The position numbers and the translations under genes are program-made. The notes beneath the pieces are model-generated. The model was not told the DNA's origin. It saw only the letters and a program-made list of their open reading frames with translations, and did no database searches. Source: an uncultured Candidatus Saccharibacteria bacterium (lineage in GTDB: Bacteria > Patescibacteriota > Minisyncoccia > UBA6257 > JAKLIH01). From it: a stretch of DNA of 51,516 nucleotides. The DNA is taken from positions 1-51,516 of the forward strand of contig CAYYXO010000001.1 in the NCBI GenBank assembly GCA_964475745.1. Reading direction: 5' to 3'. This document shows, in pieces, positions 22,154 to 32,474 of the stretch (its first letter is position 1; each line of letters opens with the position of its first letter).

Positions 22154-23914
22154 CTATCTTTCTGTTTCTTCTATTACTTCTTCTAAAGTAGTTATCCCTA
22201 GCAAAGCTTTTACTACACCATCTTGGCTTAAAGTTAGTAACCCTTGATTTCTCATCGCTTCTCAAAGCTTGCTTTCAGAAAAATTATTATAAACAATATC
22301 TTCTACCTCCTTATTCATTAAAAGCATTTCATAAATACCAACTCTTCCTTTAAAACCTCTTTTATTACATTCGTCGCAACCAACACTCTCGTAAAGCTTG
22401 TATGGTTTTTTAATATTATACTTGGCAAGCTCTTCTGTTTTAATATTTTTTAATAACTCTTCTATTTTTTGAATGTCTTGTGGGGTTAAAGCTTTTTCTT
22501 TTTTACAATGAGGACAAAGTCTTCTTACCAACCTCTGCGCAATCATAATATTCAAGCTAGGTGGCAATAAAAATCTTTGCACTTTTAAATCCATCAATCT
22601 TGGAATAACGCCAATGGCATTATTAGTATGTAAAGTAGATAATACCAAATGCCCTGTCAGCGCAGCATGAACTGCTAATTCTGCTGTTTCTGTGTCACGA
22701 ATTTCTCCTACCATAATAATGTCTGGGTCTTGCCTGACAATGTGCCTTAAGCCTTTGGCAAAAGTATAACCAATTTCTGGCAAAACTTGCGACTGATTTA
22801 TTCCTTCTAAAGTATATTCAACCGGATCTTCTAGGGTAACTAAATTAACATCATCTTTGTTTAATAATTGTAACATGGCATAAAGTGTTGTTGATTTTCC
22901 TGATCCTGTTGGTCCAGTAATCAAGATCATTCCATACGGTTTTTTTATTGCTTCTTTAATAGTACTTGTTGCCACATCGCTCATGCCTAATTGCTGGACA
23001 CTCAAAAGCCCAGTAGCCGAATCTAAAACTCTAATAGCCACCTTTTCTCCATGACTGGTTGGAAAAGTTGAAACACGAAAATCAACTACTCTTTCGTCAA
23101 TAATAGATCTAAACCGACCATCCTGAGGAATTCTCAATTCATCAATTTTTAAATTAGACATAATTTTTATACGAGAAACTATTGGCAAATGAACTTCTAA
23201 AGGAAGCAGTACTGTAGTATAAAGATTGCCATCATTTCTAAATCTCACTCTCAAAACTTTTCTTGCTGGCTCAAAATGTAAATCAGACGCGCCAATTCTA
23301 ACCGCCTCTGTCACAATAATACTTAGTAATTTAATAATTGGCGCTTCTTCAGCAAAATTTTTTTCAATGGTTTTTAAATCCAGCGCTTGCTCTTTACTTC
23401 TTTGTGTTTCTAAAACTTTTTTTAATTGTGGGGCCAACTTTTGTGTTAATTCTTGCAATACGCTTGTTAAATTATCAGCAAAATTATTATAAAATCTTCA
23501 GGCTCTCTGCAAACTCTCGCTTGTCGTCACAAAAACCTTTAATTGCAACTGCCTTTGTTTTGCTATAAAGCTTATGGCTTCAAAAGCTTTTTCATTGTCA
23601 GGGTTAAGCATCATCACAAAGAGCTCTTTTTCATTTTTGTCAAAAACAGCCAGCTTATAATTTCTGGCGGAACTTTCTTCAACAATGTCTAAAACTTCTT
23701 TTTCTATGGTTTCGTTTTTTTCAAAATTTTTAACTGGCAAATTAAGAATCTCTCCTTTTATTTTTGCCAATTCATCATCTTTAACAATATTGTCCTCCAG
23801 AAGAATCTCTTCTACACTCTTACGAAACATTTTAGAATCGTTAACAATTGATTTTTCGTCAAATTTATAACCTTTTTCTTTAAGATTATTAAATAAAATG
23901 CTGTGTTGTATCAT
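22154..23914 (-). CDS. pilB: Type IV pilus assembly ATPase PilB (GspE family), 586 aa
   Basis: T2SSE_N-like N-domain (23498-23914) joins the ATPase core (22262-23458) and a C-terminal 35 aa through two TGAs. GPTGSGKSTT, LEDPVEY, DPDIIMVGEIRD, GHLVLSTLHTN, CPHC..CDEC zinc site. TAG at 22154. Confidence 0.92.
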
Positions 23915-23924
23915 AATTTTTTAT

Positions 23925-24233
23925 TTAAAAAGATTGGAAAGGATTTTCTCTTCCTACTTCAAATTCCAAAGAAATATCATTATGTGGAGTTAATTGGTAA
24001 AATTTTGGATTATTTACAATTAAGTCAATGTCTCTGTCTAAATTTTGACCAATCCTGTCAAGCTCTTTTGTATCTTTATTAATAACCTTACCAATATCGA
24101 TCTTCGCTACTTCTAAAACATTGCTTTTTCTGAAACTAAAAAAAACTATTGCAATTACTATTACAAAAATTATTATAAAAACAAACATAAAATTATTTGT
24201 TGAGTTTTTTGTTTTTTCTACTTGCATGTCCAT
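23925..24233 (-). CDS. Small single-pass membrane protein in the pilus operon (PilP-position, unassigned)
   Basis: 102-aa ORF with one TM helix (FMFVFIIIFVIVIAIVFFSF). It sits between pilO and pilB. No family recognised. Confidence 0.55.
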   Translation of the reverse strand: MDMQVEKTKNSTNNFMFVFIIIFVIVIAIVFFSFRKSNVLEVAKIDIGKVINKDTKELDRIGQNLDRDIDLIVNNPKFYQLTPHNDISLEFEVGRENPFQSF

Positions 24234-24249
24234 AAATATTTTTTATTGT

Positions 24250-24825
24250 TTATTTTGTTTTTTGAAAATAGGCGTTTATTATTACATTTGCTTCAATAAT
24301 GCCAGATTGAACTCCTCTTGCTTGTGGAGCTTGCTTTATGTTTACGCTAGCTACGTCCATCAATCTTAGCTCTAATTCTATTTTTTCAAAAAAATCAACT
24401 ATTGCTTCATATTGCCCTGCCGTTACCAAGTTAATTTCCACCATACTATAATCCAAAACACCTTCTCTTGGGCTAGTGGCTGTTTCTATCTCTCTAAAAG
24501 TCATGCTAGAAACACTAACATTGGCAAGCCTGGCAATGGCATCAATAGTCCCAACTAAATTGCCAAACTGAGGTTCTGAAGGCAAAGCCATTCTTATTTT
24601 AGCAAAATCTCCTCCTATTGCTTGATATTTGGCAGTTAGTTCATTTGCCAACTTCTTGTAGTTTTCTATTTCTGACAAAACTTCAATGTTTTCTTGCGTT
24701 TTAATTCTTGCTTTTTGGTAGTTGTGATATGCTTTCAAGGTAAAACTATTTACCACAAAAATAGTTGCTGCTAACAACAAAGTGATAACAAAAATTGCAA
24801 TTGATTGTTTTGTTGTCTCTTTCAT
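24250..24825 (-). CDS. pilO: PilO-like pilus alignment protein
   Basis: 191 aa. N-terminal TM, coiled-coil, then alpha/beta domain, in the position after the pilN-like gene. Confidence 0.6.
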   Translation of the reverse strand: MKETTKQSIAIFVITLLLAATIFVVNSFTLKAYHNYQKARIKTQENIEVLSEIENYKKLANELTAKYQAIGGDFAKIRMALPSEPQFGNLVGTIDAIARLANVSVSSMTFREIETATSPREGVLDYSMVEINLVTAGQYEAIVDFFEKIELELRLMDVASVNIKQAPQARGVQSGIIEANVIINAYFQKTK

Positions 24826-24840
24826 AAAATTAATTTAAAA

Positions 24841-25383
24841 TTATCTATAAAATAAATCGCTAACCACTAAAGATAAAATAAAGCTAACTCCTGATCCGAT
24901 GTTCCTAGTATTTCTTATTACTACAGATTCAACTCCTTCAATATTTTCAAGAGCCAAAACAGCTTGTACAATAACTTCATTGCTTCTAGCAAAACCGCCA
25001 ATTTCAACATTTCTTTCTCTTATGTTAGAATTGAGATAATTAAAATAAATATCTTTGTGAGTGTTGTTAGCAATATCCATTAGAAAAGCAGACGCACTAA
25101 CTTTATTAGCCAAGATATGTTTTACATTTTGTATTCCCCTTTGAAAATCAATAATAATATTTTGGTTTTCGATTGGAAAAGTATTTTTAGCTTGAGCTAC
25201 TTGCCTTTCTAAATCATTAATTACCACCTGTTGTCTTGAAGTCAAAAAGTCAAAACCAAACTTAAGGGCGATTGACAATCCAAATAAAACCAGCACAAAA
25301 ACTAAAAGACTCTTCGGTCATGTTGGACCATAATCAATTTGTTGATTTCAATCAGCATTGTCTTTTTCAAAATCAAAAGCCAT
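24841..25383 (-). CDS. pilN: PilN-like pilus alignment protein
   Basis: ORF 24841-25296 extends through two TGAs to ATG 25381-25383 (MAFDFEKDNAD[W]NQQIDYGPT[W]PKSLLVF..). Single TM plus coiled-coil. It follows pilM. Confidence 0.6.
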
Positions 25384-25409
25384 ACAAAAATATTTTATTT
25401 ATTAATTAT

Positions 25410-25438
25410 ATTGTAAACAATTTTTCCATAAAAATCAA
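25410..25438 (-). promoter_or_regulatory. Internal sigma70-type promoter upstream of pilN
   Basis: Minus strand: TTGATT (25433-25438), 17-nt spacer, TACAAT (25410-25415). Confidence 0.45.
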
Positions 25439-25532
25439 GTACTCTTATGATAGTCTGCGGACAATCATTTTCGTTCGTAGATTATCATCTAATAGTAGGA
25501 GTGCAGAATTCTATCAGTAAGAATATGATAGC

Positions 25533-26579
25533 TTATTTTATATTTTTCATCAACAATCCACATGCCACACTTAAACTTGCTCCAATTTCCTTTAAAACTG
25601 GATCTAGTTTTTTGTCATATTTAACCGCTCCCAGCTCAAATGGATTACCCTCAAAAACTGGGACTTTAAAATCATTAGAAAAAATATTTGTAATACCAGG
25701 CAAATTAGCCACACCTCCAGTTAAATATATTTTTTCTATATTTTTATTAGTTCTTTTATAATAATAATTAAATTCTCTTTGCGCCTCTTGTTCAATTGCA
25801 CCCAGCAAAGGCATCATCAATTTAGCAACTTCTTCTTGTCCAGTAGGAGGTTTAAATCCGTACAGACGTTTTATTTCCTCAGCTCTACTAGGCATAATGT
25901 TTAATCCCGTGGATATAACTTGTGTTAAATCTCCTCCGGCTATGTCAATAGATCTAATTGACTGCAGAACTTTATTCTCAAAAACAGCTATCGTTGTTGC
26001 TCTTCCTCCTATATCAATCACTCCAACAGATCCTTTTTCATTACTAACCAAAGCCCTTGCACTTGCCAAAGTTTCTAACTCCATTTTATTAATTTTTATG
26101 TTCGCCATTTTAGCAATAGTCATATATCTATTAATAAAATCTTTTGGAATAGCCACCAATAGCACCTTTATTCTTTGACTATCTTTGTAAACTATTTGTC
26201 AATCAATCGAAACTTCTGATAATGCCAACGGCACATACTGTCTTGCCTGATAATAAACCGCTCTTTTTAAATCTTTGTCATTAAGCAAGGGCATTTCTAA
26301 TATGCTAGTGTAAGCATTAAAACAAGGTATAGCAAAAATAGCATCTTTTATTCTTATATTGCTTTTCTTTAACAAGTCTTTTAAATACATTGCTGCTGTT
26401 TTTTCAACCACCTTAAAACTACTTGTTTGAATAGCTTCATTAATTCTTTCTAGATGAGCATAGTTTTCTAAGATACCATAAGTTTCTAGCTTTGGTTGAT
26501 TGCCAGAAAAAGATAGTACTACTGCTTTTATGGTTGTGGTGCCAATATCTATGCCTAGATATTTTTTCTTAAAAAACAT
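25533..26579 (-). CDS. pilM: PilM, actin-like ATPase of the type IV pilus
   Basis: Fragments 25533-26165 and 26199-26579 are joined by one TGA (..SEVSID[W]QIVYK..). MFFKKKYLGIDIGTTTIKAVVL phosphate-1 motif and IDIGGRATT phosphate-2 motif. Confidence 0.88.
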
Positions 26580-26664
26580 TGTTTTTATAGCTTATATTTT
26601 GTATAATTATTATATATATTAATATATTTTTAAATAAAAAACAAGTGCCCTTATATCCTAAACC

Positions 26665-27375
26665 ATGAAAAAGTTTTTTAATTTTATCTTAGAGATTATT
26701 TTTCCAGCCAAATGTTTTGGTTGTTTTTCCTACACTTCCAAAAAATATTTCTTATGCGACCAATGCCTAGAAAAAGTCTTTTTTAGCAATTTCTTTATTT
26801 GCCCCATTTGTCATAAAAAAGTTGATCTCTTAAAAAACACCTCTTGTTTTCACAAAGACCTTTATTTTAAAAAAATATTATGCCCTCTTGACTACAAAGA
26901 CGAAACAATAAAAAATTTAATTTTAAAGTTTAAATATCAAAAATTTTTAAACACTTCTGTTTTTTTTGAACAAATTCTTTATAAGGCACTGCTTCCTTAC
27001 AATCATCTTTTAAATAATTCTGATTATTTAATTGTGCCCGTTCCTTTATATTTTCTAAAAGAAAGGCAACGGGGCTTTAATCAGTCAGTAATTCTTGCAG
27101 AGATTGTTAGTCGCATTTTAAACATCTCTATTTGTCATGCTTTAATTAGATGTAAAAACAATCCTCCTCAAGCTCAAATTTCTAACCAGGAAAAAAGGTT
27201 AGCCAACGCCAAAGATATTTTTCAAATAAACACTTTAAAAAAAAGTTTTGTCAAAAATAAAAACATCATTTTAATTGATGATGTTTTTACCACTGGAGCG
27301 ACCTTAAATGAATGCGCTAAAATTTTAAAAGAAAATCATACTAAAAGTATTGTCGCTGTCTGTCTAGCAAAATAA
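26665..27375 (+). CDS. comF: ComF-family competence protein (phosphoribosyltransferase fold with N-terminal Cys motifs)
   Basis: 236 aa. CFGC..CDQC..CPIC Cys pairs and C-terminal PRTase motif IILIDDVFTTGATL. Divergent from pilM. Confidence 0.85.
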   Translation: MKKFFNFILEIIFPAKCFGCFSYTSKKYFLCDQCLEKVFFSNFFICPICHKKVDLLKNTSCFHKDLYFKKILCPLDYKDETIKNLILKFKYQKFLNTSVFFEQILYKALLPYNHLLNNSDYLIVPVPLYFLKERQRGFNQSVILAEIVSRILNISICHALIRCKNNPPQAQISNQEKRLANAKDIFQINTLKKSFVKNKNIILIDDVFTTGATLNECAKILKENHTKSIVAVCLAK

Positions 27376-27377
27376 AG

Positions 27378-28937
27378 TTATTGGTAAATGTCTTTTAACT
27401 TGCTTACTGCATTAGTAGCCATGTTTAATCGTGTTTCGCTTTCACTATATAAAGTGAATAAAGTTTCTCCTTTTTCATATTTTTCCGAAACTGTTTTGTT
27501 TAAATAAATGCCACTTCCTTTTAGCTTAGGGGTGCCTAAAAGACGGCATATCTCAACTATTTCTCTATTGTTTATAGCATTTACTCTGCCGGATTCTTTT
27601 GCTTTTATCTCTTTCTTATAGTCACCTATTTTTACATCTTCTGAATCCATGGTATGATCTCCTTTTTGTGATTTTACAATGGACATCATTTTTTGAAAAG
27701 CCAAGCCATTTTTTAAATTAACTCTTGCCACTTCTTCCCCTTTGCCCTTTTTAACAACTTTAGTCATTTCTAATAATTTTCCTGCTTGCTTTATGGCTTT
27801 TATTTCTAAGTCTATTGGACGATTTTCTTTTTGCTGTAAAACCCTTAACACATCTCTTGCTTCCAAAGCTGGACCTATACCTCTGCCAATCGGACCAAAG
27901 GTTTTGCTTATCAAAACAGTGGTTCTTATTTTAAATTTTTTAGCTAAGAACAAAAACAATCTTTCAATTTTTTTAGCTGTTTTTATATCTGGTATTTTTG
28001 CCCATTTTGCTACTGGTATATCAATTATTAAATCCGTAACTCCCATGGCTACTTTTTTTGACATCACACTAACTACCATTTTTGAATAAGGCTCAATGCC
28101 TAAGTTTCTGGTGATCTCTATAATAATGTCGTCAGCTGGAGCTAATTTTAAAGCTCCTCCTCAAACCAAACAAGCATTGTTTTCTTCTACAATTTCCTCT
28201 ATCTCTTTAGTGCTAAAATCAACCTTCATAATAGCCTCCATGGCATCTGCTGTTCCTGCTGGAGAAGTAATTGACCTTGAAGATGTTTTAGGAATGCAAA
28301 CTCCAAAGCTTCCCACAATAGAAACCACCAAAGGAGTTACCCTATTGCCTGGCAAGCCTCCAGTTGAATGTTTGTCTGCCACCACATTGCCAAATTTCAA
28401 ATTATCCCCTAGCATAGCGACTGATTTTGTCATATGATAAATTTCATCTAAAGAAAAATTTTTTTCATTGAAGCTTGGTGCAAGAAAAAAAGCAACTTCT
28501 ATGCTATTTAGCCTGCGATTAATAATGTCTTTTACCACTTGATGTATTTCGTTAAAGTTTAATGACCCTCCTCTAAGTTTTTTGTAAATGGCCTTCAAGG
28601 ATGGAGCTCTTTTAGCAAAGCTCAAAGATAAAAGCTCTTGTTCCTCTATTTCATATTTTTCAATTACATCTAAAAACAAACCTATCTCTCCTTCTAAAAC
28701 CAAGTCTTCTGTAACATCAACTGAAACCTCTGTGGTTTTATCGTTTCAATCAATTTTTAATTCATCTCCTGGCATAACACCCAATCTCTCACTATCTTTT
28801 GAATTGATTAGAGCAACTCAAGAGCTACCTGTCTTGATGTTAATATGCTTTGCTTTTAAGAAAAAATGATAGCCATTTTTACTTTCTGGACCATCTCCAG
28901 AAACAGACAACAACAAAGTTTTATCCTTTTCTGTCAT
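27378..28937 (-). CDS. Archaeal-type thymidine phosphorylase family protein, probable AMP phosphorylase (519 aa)
   Basis: Fragments 27378-28079 and 28161-28703 plus an N-terminal 78 aa are in one frame. DKHSTGGLPGNRVTP, SSRSITSPAGTAD, CLV[W]GGALKLAPADD. An extra ~80-aa N-terminal domain matches AMP phosphorylases. Confidence 0.85.
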
Positions 28938-28949
28938 AAAATATTTTTA

Positions 28950-29846
28950 TTATTTTATTAATTCTTTTAGTTTTTTAACTATTTCTAAAGTACAATCAAC
29001 CTTCATAAATTCATTAAAAATAGTATTGCTAGTCACCATTTGTCTTATTTTTCTTTTTTTAAATTTTTTCTCTACATCTCCGATAAACAACCCGTGAGAC
29101 AAGACAATGCTAATGCTTTTCACTTTGCATTTTTCTATCAAATCCAAAAAATGTAAAATGGTTCCTCCGCTAGCACTAACATCATCCACAATAATAATAT
29201 CTTTGTTCTCAAAAGTTTTTTTATCTTTCATATCTATCTTAACTTTTCCTGTTTTCTTGTCTCTTACTTTTTTCATTACAATATAATCAAATTGATTATG
29301 AACTCTAAACCTTTCGGCAAAGCTTTTAGCTTCGCTATCTGGGGCTACAATCAAAGCATCCTCTTTTTTAAAATCTAAGAACAATTGCCCCAGCTCCATA
29401 AACATAGACAAGTCAAAAGTTTTAACAGAAAAAATTTCTTGCAAAGTTTGACGATGCACATGAGAATCACAAGTAATAAAATATTTTAAATCTTTTTCAA
29501 TAAAACTTGCTATGATATTGCTGGAAACAGCCTCTCCTTTTAAAAATTCTTTGTCTTGTCTTTTATAAGGCATATATGTCATTATGCCAATAACATTTTT
29601 ACAATATTCTTTAGCTTTACTCTTGACTAATAAAAAATTAATCAAATATTCATTTATATTTGTTTCCTGGCCAATATCTAAAATCACCACTCCTCAATCA
29701 GCTTTTTTTACATTTAAAGCTCTTACCTTTAGCTCTCCATCAAAAAACTTTCTAAATTCAATCTCAGAAAAGTTTGCTTTTATTTGTTGACTTATTTTTT
29801 TAGCTAAAATATTTCCAAATACCAAAACTTTTTTATTATTTGCCAT
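28950..29846 (-). CDS. prs: Ribose-phosphate pyrophosphokinase (PRPP synthase)
   Basis: ORF 28950-29690 extends through a TGA to ATG 29844-29846. FSNGE-like N-half, PYMPYKRQDK, PRPP-binding loop IIIVDDVSASGGT. Confidence 0.85.
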
Positions 29847-29862
29847 ATTTTATATTTATTTC

Positions 29863-30294
29863 TTATACTAAAAGTATAACCAATTTTAAAATAAAAATCA
29901 ATAAAAAAACGGGGTATCACGTCCCCGTTTTTATAGGCCTTAATTCTCTATCCTGCAAAAAAACTATCTTTCGTTTTTTAAGCGAAAACAGTGTTTTTTT
30001 AATTTCCAGCTCTACTTTAAAAAAGTCTTGAAAACAAACTTGTTTAATGATACCAAAATTAGTATATTTTGGAACCCAAACTTTCTGATTTAAAACAAAA
30101 TCCGAATTAGGCATTTTATATAGCTCTGCCCTTTCTGACAATTGGTTTAAATCAAATAGCTTAAGGCTGCCACTTTCTTTTTCGACTATCCAACACTTTA
30201 TCTTATTATTCCCTTCATCAATAATGCATTTATCAAACTCATACAACACTTTTTCCATTAAAATAACATCGCCTTTTCTAAAATAAGTTTTCAT
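29863..30294 (-). CDS. Hypothetical protein, orphan cassette (125 aa to the TGA at 29917-29919; 143 aa if TGA is read as Trp, to TAA 29863)
   Basis: Uninterrupted 125-aa ORF with SD GAAGAGGT 6 nt before the ATG, a perfect consensus promoter and a strong terminator. Both internal Trp codons are TGG. The 3' boundary is ambiguous (see findings). Confidence 0.55.
29873..29901 (-). promoter_or_regulatory. Sigma70-type promoter for prs
   Basis: Minus strand: TTGATT (29896-29901), 17-nt spacer, TATACT (29873-29878). It lies immediately after the gene-30 terminator. Confidence 0.45.
29902..29932 (-). terminator. Strong intrinsic terminator of the orphan gene; its loop contains the gene's TGA
   Basis: Stem aacgggg/ccccgtt (29908-29914 / 29923-29929), loop tatcacgt. 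The minus strand is followed by U7 (forward A-run 29902-29909). Confidence 0.8.
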
Positions 30295-30334
30295 TAGTAA
30301 CCTCTTCTTTCTTTTTTTTTAATCTACTATTTAT

Positions 30335-30363
30335 ATTATAACATTATTTTTTTCTAATGTCAA
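30335..30363 (-). promoter_or_regulatory. Perfect consensus sigma70 promoter for the orphan gene 29863-30294
   Basis: Minus strand: TTGACA (30358-30363), 17-nt spacer, TATAAT (30335-30340). Confidence 0.65.
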
Positions 30364-30406
30364 TCTTTCGCATAGTGTAATTTAAAATGACACCAAAATC
30401 TTTGCC

Positions 30407-31063
30407 TTAGCCCATTTTTGTTAGTTCTGATAAAGCATTATTGGCTATTCACTTAGCTGTCTTTGAATCAAACTTTTTTATTTCTTTAGCTACCTTTATT
30501 GCTTTTTTTCTCAAAATTTCATTTCTCTTTCCTATTTGTCTTAAAGCTCAATTTACCGCCTTTTTAACAAAATTTCGTTCGTCAAAAGATGATTTTTTTA
30601 TTATTTCAAAAAAATCTTCGAAAACAACATTTTCTAATTCTATTTTTTTACTTGCCGCCAAAGCTGCTATTAAAGAAAATGCCATTCTTTTTTCAAATTC
30701 GTTTTTTCTTTTTGCTCATTTAAAACACCTGGAAACTGCTCCTTTGTGATATCTAAATAAATTCATCGCCATTTGATCGCAAGTGTCTCAAGATTCAAAA
30801 TAACAAATTCAGCTATCCATTTGTTTTAGTGTTAATTTATCAATTTCAGCCACCAAAGAAGCCAAAATTATTGCCTCGTGAATTTTTGATTTGACCAGCT
30901 CCTTAGCTAAAAAATGCTTCTTGCCAATATCTTTTGCCAATCCTCTGATTTTTGGCATAGGAACTCCCCAAACATTTCCTTGAATACCAAAACATATCAT
31001 GCCTTTTTTATCTTTTTTATTCGACAATGATTTTAATTTTATCAAAACTTCTTGCTTTTCCAT
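30407..31063 (-). CDS. DNA alkylation repair protein, AlkD/AlkC-like HEAT-repeat glycosylase family (218 aa)
   Basis: ORF 30809-31063 continues through five TGAs, all at family Trp positions: FES[W]DTCDQ, FK[W]AKRKNEFEKR, KKAVN[W]ALRQIGKRN, AK[W]IANNALSEL. TAA at 30407. Confidence 0.8.
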
Positions 31064-31064
31064 T

Positions 31065-31724
31065 TTAAATCTTTAAAATTTTTTCAATAAATTTTTTCAT
31101 TTTTAATTGCGTGTTAATAGTATCCATAACTTCAATAGCTAAAATATTGCCCAAAACAAACTTTGGTATTTCTTTTAAGTATTGAAAATCTTTTTCATTT
31201 TTTATATCATGCAAATCTCCCCAGTTGGCCTTATAGCCACTTAAATGATTTGCCTTAAACAAGCTTTTTTTATGCTTAAATTTTAAAACTTGAAAATAGT
31301 CATTTGATTGTATTTCTTTGGCTCTTCAAAAATGAGCCACATCAATGCAAAACCCGCCTATCTTAGCAAGGCCTATCTCATCAAAAACTACCTCTGGGTG
31401 AGTTTCTAATAAAATATTTTTTAAATAGGGCTGATATTTTTCAATTGTTTTTAAACTATGGTTGTGAATATTAAAATATTTTGTTTTAAACCTTCTTTTT
31501 AAAAGCTCTATTTCTGCCTTGGTTGTTTCTTCAGTGATATGTACCAATGGAATATATTTTATTTCTGATTTTAATAATTTTTCAAAAACATATTTGTGAT
31601 GCTTGTGAGGAAGCGCTGATAAAAACAACGCCACTTCTTGAAGTCCATGTTTTTTAATTTCTTTGAATTTTCTTTCAAAGGCCATAAAATCATGTCCTGT
31701 CAAACTAACATAAACTTTACGCAT
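31065..31724 (-). CDS. Hypothetical protein (219 aa), possibly a metal-dependent TIM-barrel (AP-endonuclease-2/xylose-isomerase-like) fold
   Basis: Fragments 31065-31262 and 31326-31724 are joined by one TGA (GGFCIDVAHF[W]RAKE). The GxCxDxxH pattern resembles that fold. The assignment is weak. Confidence 0.5.
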
Positions 31725-31725
31725 A

Positions 31726-32454
31726 TTACTTTAATTTTAAAATTTTTTGTTGATATTTGCAAAAATCACAATCATCAGTATAATCTGGAAGCTTATTATT
31801 TTCTAAGCATTCTTTGATTTTAAATAGAGTTTTTTCCACTCAACCATCTTTTCCTTTGTAATCCAAAACCACTACGTCAAACTCTAATTTAGCATCAAAA
31901 GCTTCTTTGTCTTTTCTGCCATTAGCATAGACAAAATAACCTACATCAGAAACTTTAAAACCATTTTGCCTTAACAGCCATTGATATATTTCCATCTGTC
32001 TTTTATAACTCATTCTGTATTCTGCATCCAATGTTGGTGCTGTTTCAGAGCTCGTGGCTTTATAATCCACCACTATCAATTCTTTGTTTTCATTTATTCA
32101 AATATCATCCACTGCTCCAAAAACCAAAAGATTTGTTGGCTCATGTAAATATTGAACTCCCACAAAATTTTCTCTCCATTCATCCATTTTTTCATATTGA
32201 AAAGGAACTGCTTTTATTTTATATGCCTCCATCAAAGGATGAGCTTTTTCCTTTGCCCGGCAAACATCAAACTCTTTTTTTAATAAAGCATCCACTGCAC
32301 TATTTAAAGTAAACGGAAAACCCGGTGGTTGACCAATGCCAAGCTTTCTATCCATATAAAAACAGCGTGGGCATTTTATAAAATTCTCTATCTTCGTGCG
32401 AGATAGTTTGAAAGCATCTTTTTGCCCTGCCTCATAAGTTCTTTTTCAAGTCAT
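31726..32454 (-). CDS. PD-(D/E)XK nuclease, Cas4/RecB-like with Cys cluster (242 aa)
   Basis: Fragments 31840-32079 and 32098-32355 plus both ends are in one frame. N-terminal CPRC, core ..GAVDDI[W]..LIVVDYKAT (D..D/ExK), QMEIYQWLL (QxxxY), C-terminal C..x13..CDFC, matching the Cas4-type 4Fe-4S arrangement. Confidence 0.75.
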
Positions 32455-32474
32455 AATATTTTTTTAATTATTTA

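Noticed and set aside
25441-25531. Repeated ATGATAG/CTATCA motifs as a possible mini CRISPR or repeat array.
   Set aside because: There are only two short inverted-repeat pairs forming hairpins, with no regular repeat-spacer periodicity.
28096-28437. Long plus-strand ORFs antisense to minus-strand genes (for example 28096-28437, 43322-43756, 9434-9721, 25447-25761, 42952-43335, 47345-47638).
   Set aside because: They lie entirely inside well-supported genes on the opposite strand and have low-complexity, hydrophobic, family-less translations. They are typical shadow ORFs of AT-rich DNA.
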